DNA of 64,000 nt, taken from assembly GCF_009914755.1 (NCBI RefSeq), contig NC_060930.1; one strand, 5' to 3'. This stretch comes from the human T2T-CHM13v2.0 reference genome, Homo sapiens. The translations under genes and the position numbers were made by a program. Below, one piece after another: positions 44,521 to 64,000 of the stretch. Each line of letters starts with the position of its first letter. Position 1 is the stretch's first letter. The notes under the pieces were generated by a model. The model had not been told where the DNA came from. It ran no database searches and saw nothing but the letters and a program-made list of their open reading frames with translations.

Positions 44521-46412
44521 TCACCAATGAAGCCATGTGAGTCTGAGCTTTTTGGTAGGAAGTTTTTAATTACCAATTCAATCTCCTTACCTGCTACATG
44601 TCTATTCGTATTTCTTATTTACCCCTCTCTCGGCTTCAATAGTTTGTGTCTGGTATACACATGTTAAAATAAAAATGTTAATTTGAAGTTTCTCCCCATC
44701 CCTGTCATCTACCTATCCTCCTTATTACTTGGGCTCATCTCCTTGACAGCAACTATAGGAAAAACAAGAAAGCAAAAATATTATCTCTTTACATGCGACA
44801 GATTCCTTTGGATTTTGCTCCCCCATGGCTTCTTTTGATATGTTTGGTCTCCTAGCCCCTCCTCTTTAAAACTTCTCGACTCTAGAAAAACACAGAAGAA
44901 AAAGACTGAGCGAGAGAAAGAGAAAGATTGTTCTAGTGAGATTTGAATCCATTCTGTAGTGCCACATGGATAAAAAGTAGGCCTATCAAATGTCACAAAT
45001 GGGCTTGACTCACTTGGCATCTCAAAGCCCTTATGACATGTAACTGCTAGCAAAGGTGTGATGATTCATATCTTCAGCAGAATTGAGAACATGAAACTCT
45101 ACTTTGCCTTCCTCCTTAGAATTGTTCAGAGGAAATGTTATTTCTTCCCTGAAAGTTGGTTGCAAGTTTCTTTCCTTTCTTACTGAATGAAATGTCACAT
45201 ATATTGATAGATGACCACTTTCACACAGAGCTAGGTAAATAAGATTATGATTCTTATATTAATTCCAGAGTGATGATTTGATAAAGAGAGGAGATAATCC
45301 ATCATTTCATCCTTGCAACAGAGGTCTCAATTTTGTTGTTATTAGAAGGAGATGAATTATTTTTTCTTTAATATACTTTAAAAAACAAAACCAACCACCA
45401 TCAGCAACAAAAATACTCTCTAAACTTGTGTTTAAACTGCAGCGGAAAAAACTATTTTAGTGAACTTAGCATTTTCCTAGTATTACCTCACCTCAGGATT
45501 TGAGTTTTCCAATGACTGTGGCAGTGCCTTGTTATTTTTAGGGATTCGACAGCCTTTTCTGCAAACCGTCCCCTTAAACTCTCCCTCATCTACCTCTGCA
45601 TTGTGATTATCTCATATATCAAAAAGTTTCTTTTTCTCTAAGATGAAGCTGGCTTATCTTTATTCAGTCTAGAAGATTTGATTGCACAGAAATGATCTAA
45701 TAGTTGCCCACCGAAGGATTTCACTGCACCCGAACTCATTCAAAATGCTTCCTTAGTCAGTTTGTTCTTGTTTTCCTTCTAAGTTTTGCATGCTTCTTAA
45801 ACCCTGTTTCAGAAAGTCAAAGAAACATACCTTCTCATTCATTTAAACAACACTGAAGGACCTGAAAAAGCCTGTCCTTAATTATTTCATAACTGAAACG
45901 AAAACAAATTTTAGCATGTCAGTCTGATCTTGTAAGCCATACACAGGAAACCCAAGGTCAGCGTAGAGTGTCTTATTCTAGAATGGTAAGCCAGGCATTA
46001 TTGTTTCTATTATTCTATAAATTACAGCTGACATGCATGTATGACAGCTTAACACAGATATTAAACAGACCAAAGAGACTTTCAATTTCTACCTACAGTG
46101 ACAGATTATTTATCTCAACAGGTAAAATCATAATAAATCCAAAACTCTTAGGGATGCCATGAAGTGTTTATTTTCTAGTTGGAGAGGAAATTATGTTGGC
46201 ACCTTAATTACGCTTTATTTTACTGTTTCATTCATGGGCCTCGGTTGCACAGAATCAGATGACTCATAATTCTTGCTTCACCACACACTTCCCCACTGGC
46301 CCATGCACGGCCCTTTTCTATTAATTTACTCATTTATTTATTTCTAATAATACAAAAAAAACACCCACGGACCCACCACCCATCACCACTGATCCATAAG
46401 CCAGGACTATGA

Positions 46413-46709
<297 letters not shown>

Positions 46710-47364
46710 GGACAATGACAATTTAACTCAGATTTTCTGCTCCTTTGCGACCTTCTGTCCCTGCTTCGCCCCACCTGACTCGCAGGCTGGTAACTGTGAC
46801 TCTAAATCCTTGTCCATCATTCCCTTGCCTCCCTTTTTAACGTGGGGTTTTCACTTTGTGTCTCCTGATTAACAAGCTGATTTATTTTGTTTTATTTTTA
46901 AGTCCCTCCCAGATCCCACTCAGATATGCCTTTCACATCTTTGTACTAGAGGGAATGGCTTGGCTCATCCATTTTGGGGAAATTAAGTCTTCATTTATTC
47001 ATAATTAATTCTTCATTTATTCAAACAGGGTTTAAGAAGCATGCAAAACCGGCAAGGGCAGAGAACAATCCCGTCTCAAGGGACAATAAAACCAAGAATC
47101 CTTTTGTGGGCTGTCTCGGTTGCCTCATACTGGTGTCTTCATGACACGCCAGCACGGGGCGGCTCCCCCATGGGCTGGATCATGTCTGTGGCTGGCCAAG
47201 CCCATGGTGAGCAGCATCAGGAATTTCCTTTCTGAGTGCTTTTCTGCATGATGGCTGAATTATGAATCTGTATTAAAGAGGTTTTAAAGAGGGGAGGTTG
47301 ACTTTGGGGGCTTTTTGCCTTCTTGAGGTCAACGAAAGTTGGTTCGGCAGGAAGGGGGCATCCT

Positions 47365-47497
47365 GGGATAGTGGAAAGGACGTTGGATTTAGAGCTTAGA
47401 GACGTGAATTATAGCTTCAGTTCTGCAGCAGGTATAGCTGTGTGACCTTGAGCAAATGATTTCTACCTCACTGGACTCAGCCTCCTCTTCTGTAGAA
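47365..47497 (+). mobile_element. MIR
   Basis: TAGTGGAAAGGAC..TGGATTTAGAG..AGCTGTGTGACCTTGAGCAA..CTCAGCCTCCTC. Confidence 0.75.
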
Positions 47498-47517
47498 GAC
47501 ACATTTGAACCAAATTA

Positions 47518-47805
47518 TTTCTTTTTTGTTTGTTTGCTTTGTTTTTGAGAGAGGGTCTTGCTCTGTTGCCCAGGACTGGCACAATCACACAGCCCCTGAC
47601 CTCCTGGGTTCAAGCGATCTTCCCATCTTGGCCTCTCAAGTAGCTGGGACTACAGACACACACCATCATGCCCAGCTATTTAATTTTTGTAGAAACAGGG
47701 TCTCACTATGTCGTCCCGGCTGGTCTTGAGCTCCTGGGCTCAAGCAATCCTCCCACCTCGGCCTCCCAAAATGCTAGATTTACAGACGTGAGCCGCTGCC
47801 CAGCC
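47518..47805 (-). mobile_element. AluJ with internal deletion
   Basis: J-type CTCCTGGGCTCAAGCAATCCTCCCACC, GGGTCTCACTATG. Confidence 0.92.
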
Positions 47806-49105
47806 CCAGATGATTTCTAAGGATCCTATCAGAGAAGGAACTTGGGGAAAAAAATGAGTCAGGGTCTCATTGCGCTTCCTTCACTCATTTGGTTGTGAAG
47901 TCAACACGCATGCCATTGGGTTCCTACCATGTGCCAGGGATGCAGGAACTGAGGTCCTATCACTCTGTGAAGTACCATGTCCTGCAGTGTATTTCTCAGT
48001 CTGTCTGACTAAGTTGAGATCTGCTTATGAGCAAGGACACTGTCAAGCCTCGACTGGGACTAACTTAAGCAAAGGGGTAGATTTGCTGTAATACTACAGG
48101 AGTTGAAGTATTTCATAAAAGTCATAAGCAGGAATACAACTGGGCCTCAGTAAAAGGCTAGAGACATTACCCTGAATGTGGAGGGGAACCAGAAAGTCAC
48201 TTCTCCGTTTCTGTTTCCATGTCTTTTTGGCAGCCTGCTTCATTCTTCACTTTGGCCATAGCTGCTACTTCATGGAAAATAGCCTCGACAACCACAGCAT
48301 TTTATATACGAGACAAACTCTGTCTAAGTCTCCATTCTGAATTCCTAGGGAATAATTGTGATTCCCATTCCAATCCACTCTACTGTGGCCTGGCTGACGT
48401 GGAGGTTGGGGAGTTTAAGGTCAAACAATGGCCTTTCATCCTTCCACCATGAGAATGGGATGGGAGAGACACGCCTGGGAAGGTTTCATGTCCTCCAGCT
48501 CCGGTAGGGCCTGTGATCAGCGCTGGTTTGCTCATCTCTCTGTGCCTGGTGCTAGCCCAGAGTGGGTACTCAGAACCTGCATTCTGAATGAATGAACGTG
48601 TGAATACAATCAAGTAAGAGTGAAATTATAGGTAAAGAAAAACATACCAAGTGAACCCCACTCTTGGCTTTAAGAGGAAATTAAAAGAATATTAGCAGAA
48701 GAGAATAAGTCACACAATTTTGAAACAGAGCTTCCTGGAAGGCATGAAACTCGACACGTGACACTGTGCATTCACAGTTTACAGCCATGTGTTAGTATCT
48801 TACAATACAGAGAACGCGTGTGTGTTTTCTTATAAGGTATCAAACAAGTAGGAAGTGATGACGGAATGACTTCTCTTTTGAGTTTTCAGTGACTTAGAAG
48901 TCTTTCTCAGAGCTTTTCATGTCCATTTCAAAATACTGATATCAACAAAGAACGACCAATGAGGACAGAGAGGCCCGTTTGCATTCTCGTAGCCATGACC
49001 CTAAAATCCAAAGAAAGTTTCTAATGGAGAATCGTGGCATTTTAGAGCTAAAGTGAGCCTGTCCCAGCATCTTGTTCTTTGCCCTAACTTTACAAAAGAG
49101 GTTAA

Positions 49106-49704
<599 letters not shown>

Positions 49705-51265
49705 GAGAGCTGTTATAATTTATGTCAAATTGTATTTGTTTGATATATGCTTCTATAAATTTGTTCCATAATTTTGTTTAATATTAAATTATATTTAACA
49801 TACATTATACACACACTTTTGTGACAGTGTTATACTTTCCATAATTTATCTATTTCATATCTCATGGGGACTTTTTAAAGAAAGGAATCTTTGACATTGA
49901 AAAAATGTAAGCTGATCATGATCTTAAATCAAGTCTAAAATTTTAACTTAGATCTAAAATTCCTTGAAGAATAAAGTTTGTAAGAAATTTCTCAGCATGA
50001 CAATTCCACTCGTGTTATTGAAGGACAACATATCCATTTACAAAGTCAACACATTTTCCTCTAAAACACTAAATGTGTGCTAGAAAAAAATACTTCCTGG
50101 AGGAGCGGCTTCCTTTTTGAAATAACTTCATCTTTTTCTGACTGCCTTTGGTTGACTAATCATGAAAAATCTCCCCTTGATGTGGCAATTCTAATTCTGA
50201 CGCCATCTCCATGGGGAAAAGAAAACTTCCAATTTTTCTTTAAGAGGAAGTCAGTGCCTCAGACAGATAATCACTTCCCTGGAAGAACATCTCCTCACAA
50301 GCGGATTTTTTTAAGTTTAAGAAGTTAACTTTGTAATGTTTAAAAATGAAAACTGCTAGATTTGACAAGCTTAGGAGGGAAGCTCAGTATACCTTCATCC
50401 GTACTCATTGGGCTGATTGCTTAGTTCGGGCCTCAGGTGGGAACGGGAAGTGCTAATTAGGCTTCCATGAAGACACCCACACTGACAAGCATGCATCCAA
50501 GTCCTCCGCTTCTCCAGAACTAAACCTGGTATACCTTGATTTCAGCCTTGCCAAAGCCCTGCAGAACTATTATGTAAGGGAATTGGCTAATCTTTATTTG
50601 CTCACTTTTAAATGTCTTTTGTGCCTAAGGAAAATCAAACCCATTGTTGTTGGGGTTTGAGAAGGTAAATTTACCACACCTCTGCCAGTTACAGCTTTAA
50701 GACCAGGTACAGAAAGCAGATATAAGTCAGTGTATTGGCTTTATTTCTGGTAAGGCTGGGTTAAAAAACCTCCACTTGGACCCAAGGTCTGAATGGTTTT
50801 CCACTGAACTTAACCAGGCCCACCCACCCACAGGCAGGACAGCTGTGGGCCTCTCCCCACAAGGGCTGCACCTGGCTCCTTGGGCTCACCCCATGGAGGA
50901 GAGGAGGGCAGGTGCATCCTGTGACCAGGCTGTTCTAAAAAATGATGAGAGAGACAGAAAGCACACCAAGGAGAGGGGAGTGGTGAACCTTTACACAGTG
51001 ACCCCAACCCTTAATGAGCAGCAGAATTAGTCATCTATACTGAAGAGTTAGAAAGGGGTAAGGAGAAGAAAAAAGTTATTTCCAATGTCTGAAAGGTCGG
51101 GCATTTCCTTTTCCTTGGCAGAGGCAGGAGCAGGTGGGGACAAGAGAATAGGTCTCCCTTTGGTTGGTCACTCCAGTGGGTCACTGCAAATGCTGTTGTG
51201 CACACTAGGCTTTGCTGAGTGTAGCTTTGCCCATAGGGCATCAAAATTTGAAAGCCCAGAAAAAG

Positions 51266-52012
51266 TTTTATTTGATTTTATAATTTCAACTAGTATTTTA
51301 GATTCAAGATGTACATGTGCATGTTTGTTGCATGGGTTTATTGCATGATGCTAAGGCTTGGGGGCGTGAATGATCTCGTCACACAAGTAGTAAGCATAGC
51401 ACCCAACTTAGTTTTTCAGCCTTGTCCCCATCTCTCTCTCCTGCCTCTAGTAGTCCTCAGTGTCTAGTGTTTCCATCTTTATGTCCATGTGTACCCAATG
51501 CCCAGTGCTTAGCTCCCACTTATAAGTGAGAACATGCAGTGTTTGGTTTTCTATTCCTGTGTTAATTAATTCACTTAGGATAATGACCTCCAGCTGCAAA
51601 GGACATTTTTTTTTTTTTTTGATAGAGGTAAGATTGTGCTCTGTCACTCACTGCAGCCTTGACCTCCTGGACTCAAGCAACTCTCCTGCTTCAGCCTCTT
51701 GAGTAGCTAAGACTACAGGTGCATGCCACCACACTTGCCTGAGTTTTTATTTTTTACTTTTGTAGTGACAGGGTCTTGCTATGTTGTCCAGACTGGTCTC
51801 AAGCTCTTGGCTCCAAGTGGTCCTTCCGCCTTGGCCTCCCAAAGTGCTGGGATTACAGGTGTGAACCATTGCACCTGGCCAAGCTCATTCTTTTTTATGG
51901 CTGCATAATATTCCATGAAGTATATGTACCACATTTTTTTAATCTGCTCCACAGTTGATGGACACCTAGGTTGATTCTATGTCTTTGCTATTGTGAATAG
52001 GGCTGTGATGAA
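51266..52012 (-). mobile_element. Older L1PA/L1PB-type 3' end split by AluJ
   Basis: TTTCAACT..TATTTTAGATTCA..GTACATGTGCA; TTAGCTCCCACTTATAAGTGAGAACATG. Confidence 0.85.
51607..51880 (-). mobile_element. AluJ with internal deletion
   Basis: CTGCAGCCTTGACCTCCTGG, GGGTCTTGCTATGTTG. Confidence 0.92.
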
Positions 52013-52539
52013 GTTTTAAATGATCATTTGAAAACTCTTGTGAAAGCCACTGTATCTCACTTCTTCAATAAACACTCTGTTCCCAGTACTGCCAGCATGG
52101 TCCCACCAACAGAGGCAATGAGCTGAGCTCCAACCTCAGACCAGGATAGGCACCAGCAAAGATGAACAGGACTGGGGACCCAGTACCCCTCTGTGGGCAT
52201 GGGGGCACGCAATCGCTTCCTCCTCCCCTCTTCCCTTTCCCTGCTGCTGACACTGGTGCCTCTTTTGTTTTGGGAGTCTTTCCATGTTGCTTGTCCCTAA
52301 CATCAAAATTACAAGCTAAGAAGCTGAAGACAGAGGATTTCTTTCAAATTAGTGTTAGAATTCTTTCAACGGTTATTTATTGAGCACTTACTATATGCTA
52401 TTGTAGTAGCTAGGCATGCAGCACTAAACAAAATAGAATTTACATTCTGGTGGAAAGAAACTGCGGTGACCAAGTAATTAATCTTTGGAGAGAATTTCAC
52501 GTATGTGTGCATTTGCCTTTTATGTGCTTCCACATAAAT

Positions 52540-52760
52540 CAAGCTTGTCCAACCCATGGCCCATGGGCCACACGCAGTCCAGGATGGCTTTGAATGCGGC
52601 CCAACACAAGCTTGTAAACTTTCTTAAAACATTATGAGATTTTTTAATTTATTGGCAATTTTTTTTAGCTCATCAACTATAGTTAGTGTATTTCATGTGT
52701 GCCCCAAGACAATTCTTCTTCCAATGTGGTCTAGGGAAGCCAAAAGATTGGACACCCCTG
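52540..52760 (-). mobile_element. MER30 (hAT-Charlie)
   Basis: CAAGCTTGTCCAACCC ... GCCAAAAGATTGGACACCCCTG; CATAAAT on both flanks. Confidence 0.92.
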
Positions 52761-54194
52761 CATAAATCAACATATTTATAAGGCACATTACAGTTACTTT
52801 GAGGATTCTCATTGAGACAGTTCCTCAAGGGACAATTATTATAAGAAGGCATAGGTGACAAATCACAAACACCAACAAAATTTACACAATGGATTTATTG
52901 ACCATCTAGGCTGTGCAAGAGACACTTTCGTTTTAAGGCTTACTATATTGCAGGAAGCATATTACAACCACAAACTGAGTGCTCTTTAATGGTCAAAAAT
53001 AAACCCCAAACTTACATCTTTGTTTCGTTTTAACCAGGTAGCTAAAAAGCAAAAATGAAAGTTTAGATAAATTTTTATTGTGGTAAAAGATACGTAACAT
53101 AAAATATACCATTTTAACAATTTTTAAGTGTACAGTTCAGTGGCATTAATCGCATTCACATTGTAGTGCAACCATCACCACTCTCCATTGCCAGGACTTT
53201 TTTCATCTTTCTGAACTGAAACTCTAACTAATAAACAATAACTCCTCCTTCCCTCCACATTCTTGCCCCTAACAACGACCATTCTGCTTTCTGTCTGTGA
53301 ATTTGCCTGACACAGGTACCTCATATAAGTGGAACTGTACAGTATTTGTCTTTTTATGACTAGTTTATTTCACTTAGCATAATGTCTTCAAGGTTCATCC
53401 ATATGTAGCATGTATCAGAATTTTATTCCTTTTCAAGGCTAAATGATATTGCATTGTATGCATATACCACATTTTGTTTATCCGTTCATATACTGATGGA
53501 TATGGGGTGTTTCCATCTTTTGGCTGTTGAGAATCAATCTGCAATAAACATTATCATACAAGTAGCTGAGTCCCCACTTCCAATTCTTTGGTTATATATG
53601 TAAGAATGGAATTGCTGGGTCATGTGGCAATTTTACACTTGACTTTTGAAGGAACCACACCAAACTGTTTTCCACAATGACTGCACCATTTTAAATGCCT
53701 GCTATCAATGTACAAAGGTTTCAATTTCTCTACATCCTTGTAAACATTTATTTTGTGTTTTTAAAATTATAGTCATCTTAGTAGCTGTAAAGTGGTGTCT
53801 CATTGTGGTTTTGATTGGCATTTTTATAATGATTAATAATGTTGAGATTAATGACCAATTATTTGCAAATCTTCTTTGGAGAAATGTCTATTCAGGTCCT
53901 TTCTCCTTCTTATGTATTGGGTTATATGTTTTGTATTTTTGTTGTTGAGTTCCGGGAGTTATTTATATATTCTGGATATTAATCCCATTCCAGATATATG
54001 ATTTGCAAATATTTTCTCCCATTCTGTAGTTGTCTTTTACTGTCTTGATAATGTCCTTTGATATACAAATATTTTGATGAAGTCAAATTTATCTACTCTT
54101 TCTTTTGTTTCTTGTGCTTTTGGTGTCCTGAAAATCTACTACTGAACTCAAGATTATAACAGCTTATTCCTATGTTGTCTTCTAAGAGTTTTGT

Positions 54195-54495
54195 TTTAAG
54201 ACTTTATTATTTTAGAGGAGTTTTAGGTTCACAGCAAAATTAGGTGGAAGATACAAAAATTTCCCATGTGCCTTTTATCCTACGTATGCACAGCCTCCCC
54301 CACTATCAAAATATCTCATGAGAGTGGTGCATACAATTAATGAACCTACCTTGACACACCATAATCACCCAAAGTTCGTAGTTTACCTTAGAATTCACAC
54401 TTTGTGTTGTATATTCTACAGGTTTAAACAAATGTATCCATCATTGCAGTATTATACAGAATCTTTTCACTGCCCTAAAAAAATCTTCTGTGTAT
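54195..54495 (-). mobile_element. L1MC1/2-like 3' end
   Basis: TTTTAGAG.AGTTTTAGGTTCACAGCAAAATT..ATAATCACCCAAAG..TTCACTGCCCTAAAAA. Confidence 0.75.
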
Positions 54496-54671
54496 TCAAA
54501 GATTTTACGATCATTGATCCATGAGTTAACTTTTATATATGATGTGAGGTAAGGGTCCAACTTCATTCTCTTGCATATTGAAATCCAATTGTCTTTGCAC
54601 TGTTTGTGGAAAAGACTATTACTTCCTCCCTTGAATGAACTTGGCATCTATGTCAAAAATAAATTGGCCAT

Positions 54672-55047
<376 letters not shown>

Positions 55048-56648
55048 TCATTCTATTACATTGGTTTATATGTTTATATCTAGGCCAGTACCACATTGTT
55101 TTGCTTTTTGTAACTTTGTAAGCTTTGAAATTAGGAAGTGTGACTCCTCCAAATTTGTTTTTCTTTTTAAAGATTGTTTTGACTATTCCAGGGCCCTTGC
55201 AATTGCCTATGAATTTGAGGATTGACTTTTTCATTTCTGCAGCAAAGGCTGCTGGAATTGTGAAAGCGATTTTATTGAATCTATGTATTGCTTCAGGTAC
55301 TATTAACAGCTTAACAGTATTAAGTCTTCTAATCTGTGAACACAAAATGTCTTTCCATTTATTTCTTTAATTTCTTTCTTTAATTTCCTACAGCAAAGTT
55401 TTGTAGTTTTCACTGTACAATTCTTTCACCCACTTAGTTACATTTATCTCTAGGTGTTTATTCTTTTAGAAGTTGTTATAAATGGAATTGCTTTAATTTT
55501 CTTTTTTGATTGTTTATTGCTGGTATATAGGAACACAACTGAGTTTTTTGTGTTAATCTTGTAGCCTGTGATTTTGCTGGATTTGTATTCCTGTCGACTC
55601 TAGAATTTTCTATATATAGGATCATGTCCTCACAAATAGAGATAGTACTACTTTTTCCTTTTTCATTTGAATGCCTGTCCTTTCTTTTTCTTGTTTAATT
55701 TTTGTGGCTAGAACTTATAATGTTGAATAGAAGGAATGAAAGTGGGCATCCTTGTCTTGTTAGGAGGAAATCTAAAAAATCTTAAAGGAGAAAGCTTCAC
55801 TATTGAGTATGCTGTTAGCTGTGGGTTTTTTATAATTGCTCTTTATCATATTTAGGCAGTTCCTTTCTATTTCCTAGTTTTCTGGGTTTAAAAAAATCAT
55901 GAAAGGGGGTTGAAAATGCCTTTTCTGCATCAATTGAGATGAGCATGCATCTTTTCCCCTTGTTATATTAATTTAATTGATCTGTTACATTGATTATTTC
56001 AAAATTTTGAGCCACCTTTGCATCCTGGGGTAAATCCTACTGAGTCATGGTGTATAATTATTTTAATGTGTCATTTGATTTGGTTTGCTAGTATTTTGTT
56101 GAAGTTTTTGCATCTCTATTCATATGGGATATTGGTCTATACTTTTCTTCTGATGTCTTTTTCTAGTTTGACATCTGGGTTATGATGTCCTTATAATATG
56201 AGTTCCCATAAAAAGTATTCCCTCCTCTATTTCAAGGATGGGAGGAAGAGTTTATAGAGAATTGGTGTTAATTCTTTAAATGTTTAGTATAATTTACCAG
56301 TGAAGCCATCTGGTCTTGGACATATCTTTGTTAGGAGGTTTTGATTACTGATTCAATCTCCTGTTTTATATTTGTTGAGATTTTCTATTTCTTCATGAGT
56401 CACTTCAGGTAATTTGTGTGTTTCCAGAAATTCATCAATTTCATCTAGGTTATCTAATTTGTTGGCATACAGTTGTTCATAGTATTCTCTTATAATTTTT
56501 TATTTCTGTAAAATCTGTACTAATACCTCCACTTTCATTTCTTATTTTAGTTATATGTGTCTTCTCTCTTTTTGGTTTGCTGCTTTAGCTGAAGACTTGC
56601 CAATTTTGTGGCACTTTTTAACAAGCCAACATTTGGGTTTATTGATTC

Positions 56649-56940
<292 letters not shown>

Positions 56941-57046
56941 TATTTTTTTCATTCTCAGCTATATTTATCTCCATTCTAATCTTTATTTCCTTCCTTCTAG
57001 CTTTACAGAAAGAAGTTTAGTTTTCTTCTTCTTTCTTTAGATCCTA

Positions 57047-57443
<397 letters not shown>

Positions 57444-59099
57444 TTAAGCATTGCTTTTGTTGCATTCATAAGTTTTTGTATGTAATACTTAAGTTTTTAA
57501 TCATCTCAGTGTATTTGCTAATTTCCCTTGTGATTATTTCATTGATCATTGGTTGTTTAAAAGCATGTAATTTAATGTCCACATATTTGTGACTTTTCCA
57601 TTTTTCCTTCTGTTCCTGGTTTCTGTTCCTGGTTGAAGGACATACTTTGTATACTTTCTTTTAAAATTTGTTGAAACTTGTTTTGACTCAACATATGATC
57701 CATCCTGGAAAATGTTCCACCAACATTTGGGAAGAATCGTATTCTGTTTATGTTGGGTGGAATGTTGTGTACATGTCGATTAGATCTAATTGTTTATTAT
57801 GTTGTTCAAGTTCTCTGTTTCTTTACTTATCTTTTGCCAAGTTGTTCTATCTATTACTGAAAGTGGGTATTAAAATCTCCAACTGTTATTGTAGAACTCT
57901 GTCTCCCTTCAATTCCACTAGTTTGCTTCATATATTTTGAGGCTCTGTTTTATGCATATATGTTTATCATTGTTATATCTTTTTAAATGAATTTATGCCT
58001 ACACTTTTCCCAACACAAGTCTTGCTATATAACATTTTCATCTCTGCTAATGTTCTTGGTTCTTGAATTTTCATTATGATGAGTGCAACTGAGCCTCTTT
58101 TCACATGTTAAAAAGTCATTTTTTTCCTTTTGCTATAAACTTAAGGCTCATAGCCTTAGCTCATTTTTTATTTTAAAATTATTGTTACACATAACAATTA
58201 TTTTATGCTATTGTTATAATAACATAATTATGTTATCTTAATTTACTAGAAAAGTTACTTCTTAATTCCAATCTACTTTGTAAATATTCATTTCCTAGTA
58301 TGCCATTTGTTCCTTGACTTGTTCATAATGGCTTTTTCCATGCAGAAATACTTGACTTTCATGTATCTGAATTTATAAAAGTGTTCTGAGTTTTGTATAA
58401 TAGCTGATGATTCTTCATTCAAAGGGTGTTTGAAACATTTTCCTTAAATGATTTTAGTACTTTTCTTATTTCTTTTTTCATTTTTTTTTTTACCTATTAT
58501 TAATTTCTTCAGAATGTATGCTGATACAAAGTGTAAGGGAGGGATCTATATTTACTCACCTTTCTGGGTGGCTTTCTAGTTATCCCAAACTATATAGTAA
58601 CAAGTATATTGAATTAGCTTTGGTGTGATCTAATTGTGAAAACAATGTGTTGTATCTGCTGAAGCCAACTTCCACTGATCAGAGAATTTTCTAATGTAAA
58701 ACAGTGCAGCTGTGTCCCATATTTTGTTACCAAATCTGTCCTTAGTAGAAAAGACATCTAAGGATTCCTAGGTCAGCCAGGTAGATAATTTGTCAACAAG
58801 TCAATATTCCTGCTTATTCCATTCTAACCTTCTGTTCCAGGTTAGGAAATGGGCTTGCTATAACCTGGACTCTATCTGCACTTCATTTCAATGATTGTAT
58901 CTTTTTACAGCTTTCAGTGGGCCACTGCCTTGAAAACCTTTTAGGTGCCATTAGGTTTGCTTTTTTTTTTTTTTATGAATGAGGAATGCAGCCCTATTGT
59001 AATCTGCTGTGATACCACCCCAAGATCAACCATTGTATCTCTGACAGAGTTGTATCTCTGACTGTTTTCTATTCCTATTATGATGTGCTACCCATCTAG

Positions 59100-60112
<1,013 letters not shown>

Positions 60113-60189
60113 CTATATGCAATGGGGGAGCCACTGGAGGGTGTTGCCCATGGTGCTATGTTTTAGGGCTCTCTGGAATTAAATGTAAA

Positions 60190-61510
60190 ACTGCATTCAT
60201 AAACTGATATTTCTGGGGAAAAAATTTCAAAATATCACTCCTTGGGAAGGCTAGAATGAACTCTGTGGTACTGGTGGTACCGTATTAGAGTTGGAGACAT
60301 AAGTATGAACTCAGGTTAGCTTAATATAGATGGACAGATACAGAATAATTATAGCCGTGTGTGTCCATGAGTTAGTATACAATTTACATCCTAGGTCTGC
60401 CCATTGAGAGGGCCTTGAGTCAGTGAGCCCCCAGTGGCAATGGGCATACCCAGTGCCAAGGTCTTAATTTCTAATCATTCTTCAACAAAAGGAGCCAGGG
60501 TTCCTTGGAGAAATCGCTGACTATGGGACTGACAGGGAAAATACAAGATAGACCCGGAGTGTCTTGCAGTGCCAGCAAGAAAAGAAATAAAGCAATTGGG
60601 ATGTGAACAAGTGACACAGGAGCCAACTTGGAAGAGCTCCCGACAGCCAAAGCTGAAACCATGTGAACAAGAAAATAGAGAACATACTATTGAATTATAA
60701 CCCAAAGTGTAAAATAAACATCGTGAGTCCATACTAACATAAACTGCATAAACAAATAAATATGCACAATTCCTCAGGGATCTAGAACTAGAAATACCAT
60801 TTGACCCAGCCATCACATTACTGGGTATATACCCAAAGGACTATAAATCATGCTGCTATAAAGACACATGCACACGTATGTTTATTGCGGCACTACTCAC
60901 AATAGCAAAGACTTGGAACCAACCCAAATGTCCAACAACGATAGACTGGATTAAGAAAATGTGGCACATATACACCATGGAATACTATGCAGCCATAAAA
61001 AATGATGAGTTCATGTCCTTTGTAGGGACATGGATGAAATTGGAAATCATCATTCTCAGTAAACTATCGCAAGGACAAAAAACCAAACACCGCATGTTCT
61101 CACTCATAGATGGGAATTGAACAATGAGAACACATGGACACAGGAAGGGGAACATCACACTCTGGGGACTGTTGTGGGGTGGGGGAAGGGGAAAGGGATA
61201 GCATTAGGAGATATACCTAATGCTAAATGACGAGTTAATGAGTGCAGCACACCAGCATGGCACATGTATACATATGTAACTAACCTGCACATTGTGCACA
61301 TGTACCCTAAAACTTAAAGTATAATAATAATAAAAGAAAACAAATAAATATGTAAATAGACAAGAACAGACAAATCTTTCACATGGAAGGATTACAAATA
61401 ATTTATGTAATACCTTGCTCCCCAGGAGATGCGCTTAGTCCTCCCTCCCCGCCTCTGCCAGCTCATGCATGTGGGGCTTTGCTGGATGACTTGCTTCTAA
61501 AGAGTAGAGA
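60190..61510 (+). mobile_element. Old L1MC/MD-type 3'UTR interrupted by L1PA
   Basis: AAGGAGCCAGGGTTCCTTGGAGAAAT.GCTGA, GTGAGTCCATACT motifs. Confidence 0.6.
60765..61337 (+). mobile_element. Young 5'-truncated L1PA (L1PA3-like), ~570 bp
   Basis: Near-consensus ORF2 C-terminus ([45 protein letters not shown]); 3'UTR GCTAAATGACGAG (not the L1HS-Ta ACA); TSD AAACAAATAAATATG. Confidence 0.93.

Positions 61511-64000
<2,490 letters not shown>

Noticed and set aside
57608-59065. 13-bp (57608) and 17-bp (~59033) micro-duplications
   Set aside because: Routine slippage events with no evident significance

Overview
Primate (most likely human: AluY and L1PA3-type copies) non-coding genomic DNA. I found no credible protein-coding exon, tRNA, rRNA or CRISPR array, and I could not recognise the locus. 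The ORF track consists of Alu/L1 translations, low-complexity frames and chance ORFs. Positions 1 to about 34 kb are relatively GC- and CpG-rich and contain Alus, MIR/L2 fossils, LTRs (LTR1, MER57, MER21, MLT1C), DNA-transposon fossils (Tigger4, Tigger3, MER1A, ORSL) and several short local tandem duplications. Positions about 35-64 kb are AT-rich and dominated by nested L1 fragments. I count 25 Alus (17 minus, 8 plus). Repeat family names come from recalled consensus sequences and need RepeatMasker/Dfam confirmation; old-repeat boundaries are approximate. I see no evidence of a new biological system. The best leads are: a CpG-rich promoter-like region with splice signals and a downstream sense LTR1 poly(A) signal (candidate lncRNA); two unexplained hairpins; a mirrored purine/pyrimidine fold-back; two very tightly spaced inverted Alu pairs; a possible gene-conversion tract between inverted L1MA copies; a cluster of AT palindromes at an Alu tail; and STAT/CTCF/AP-1 motif clusters.
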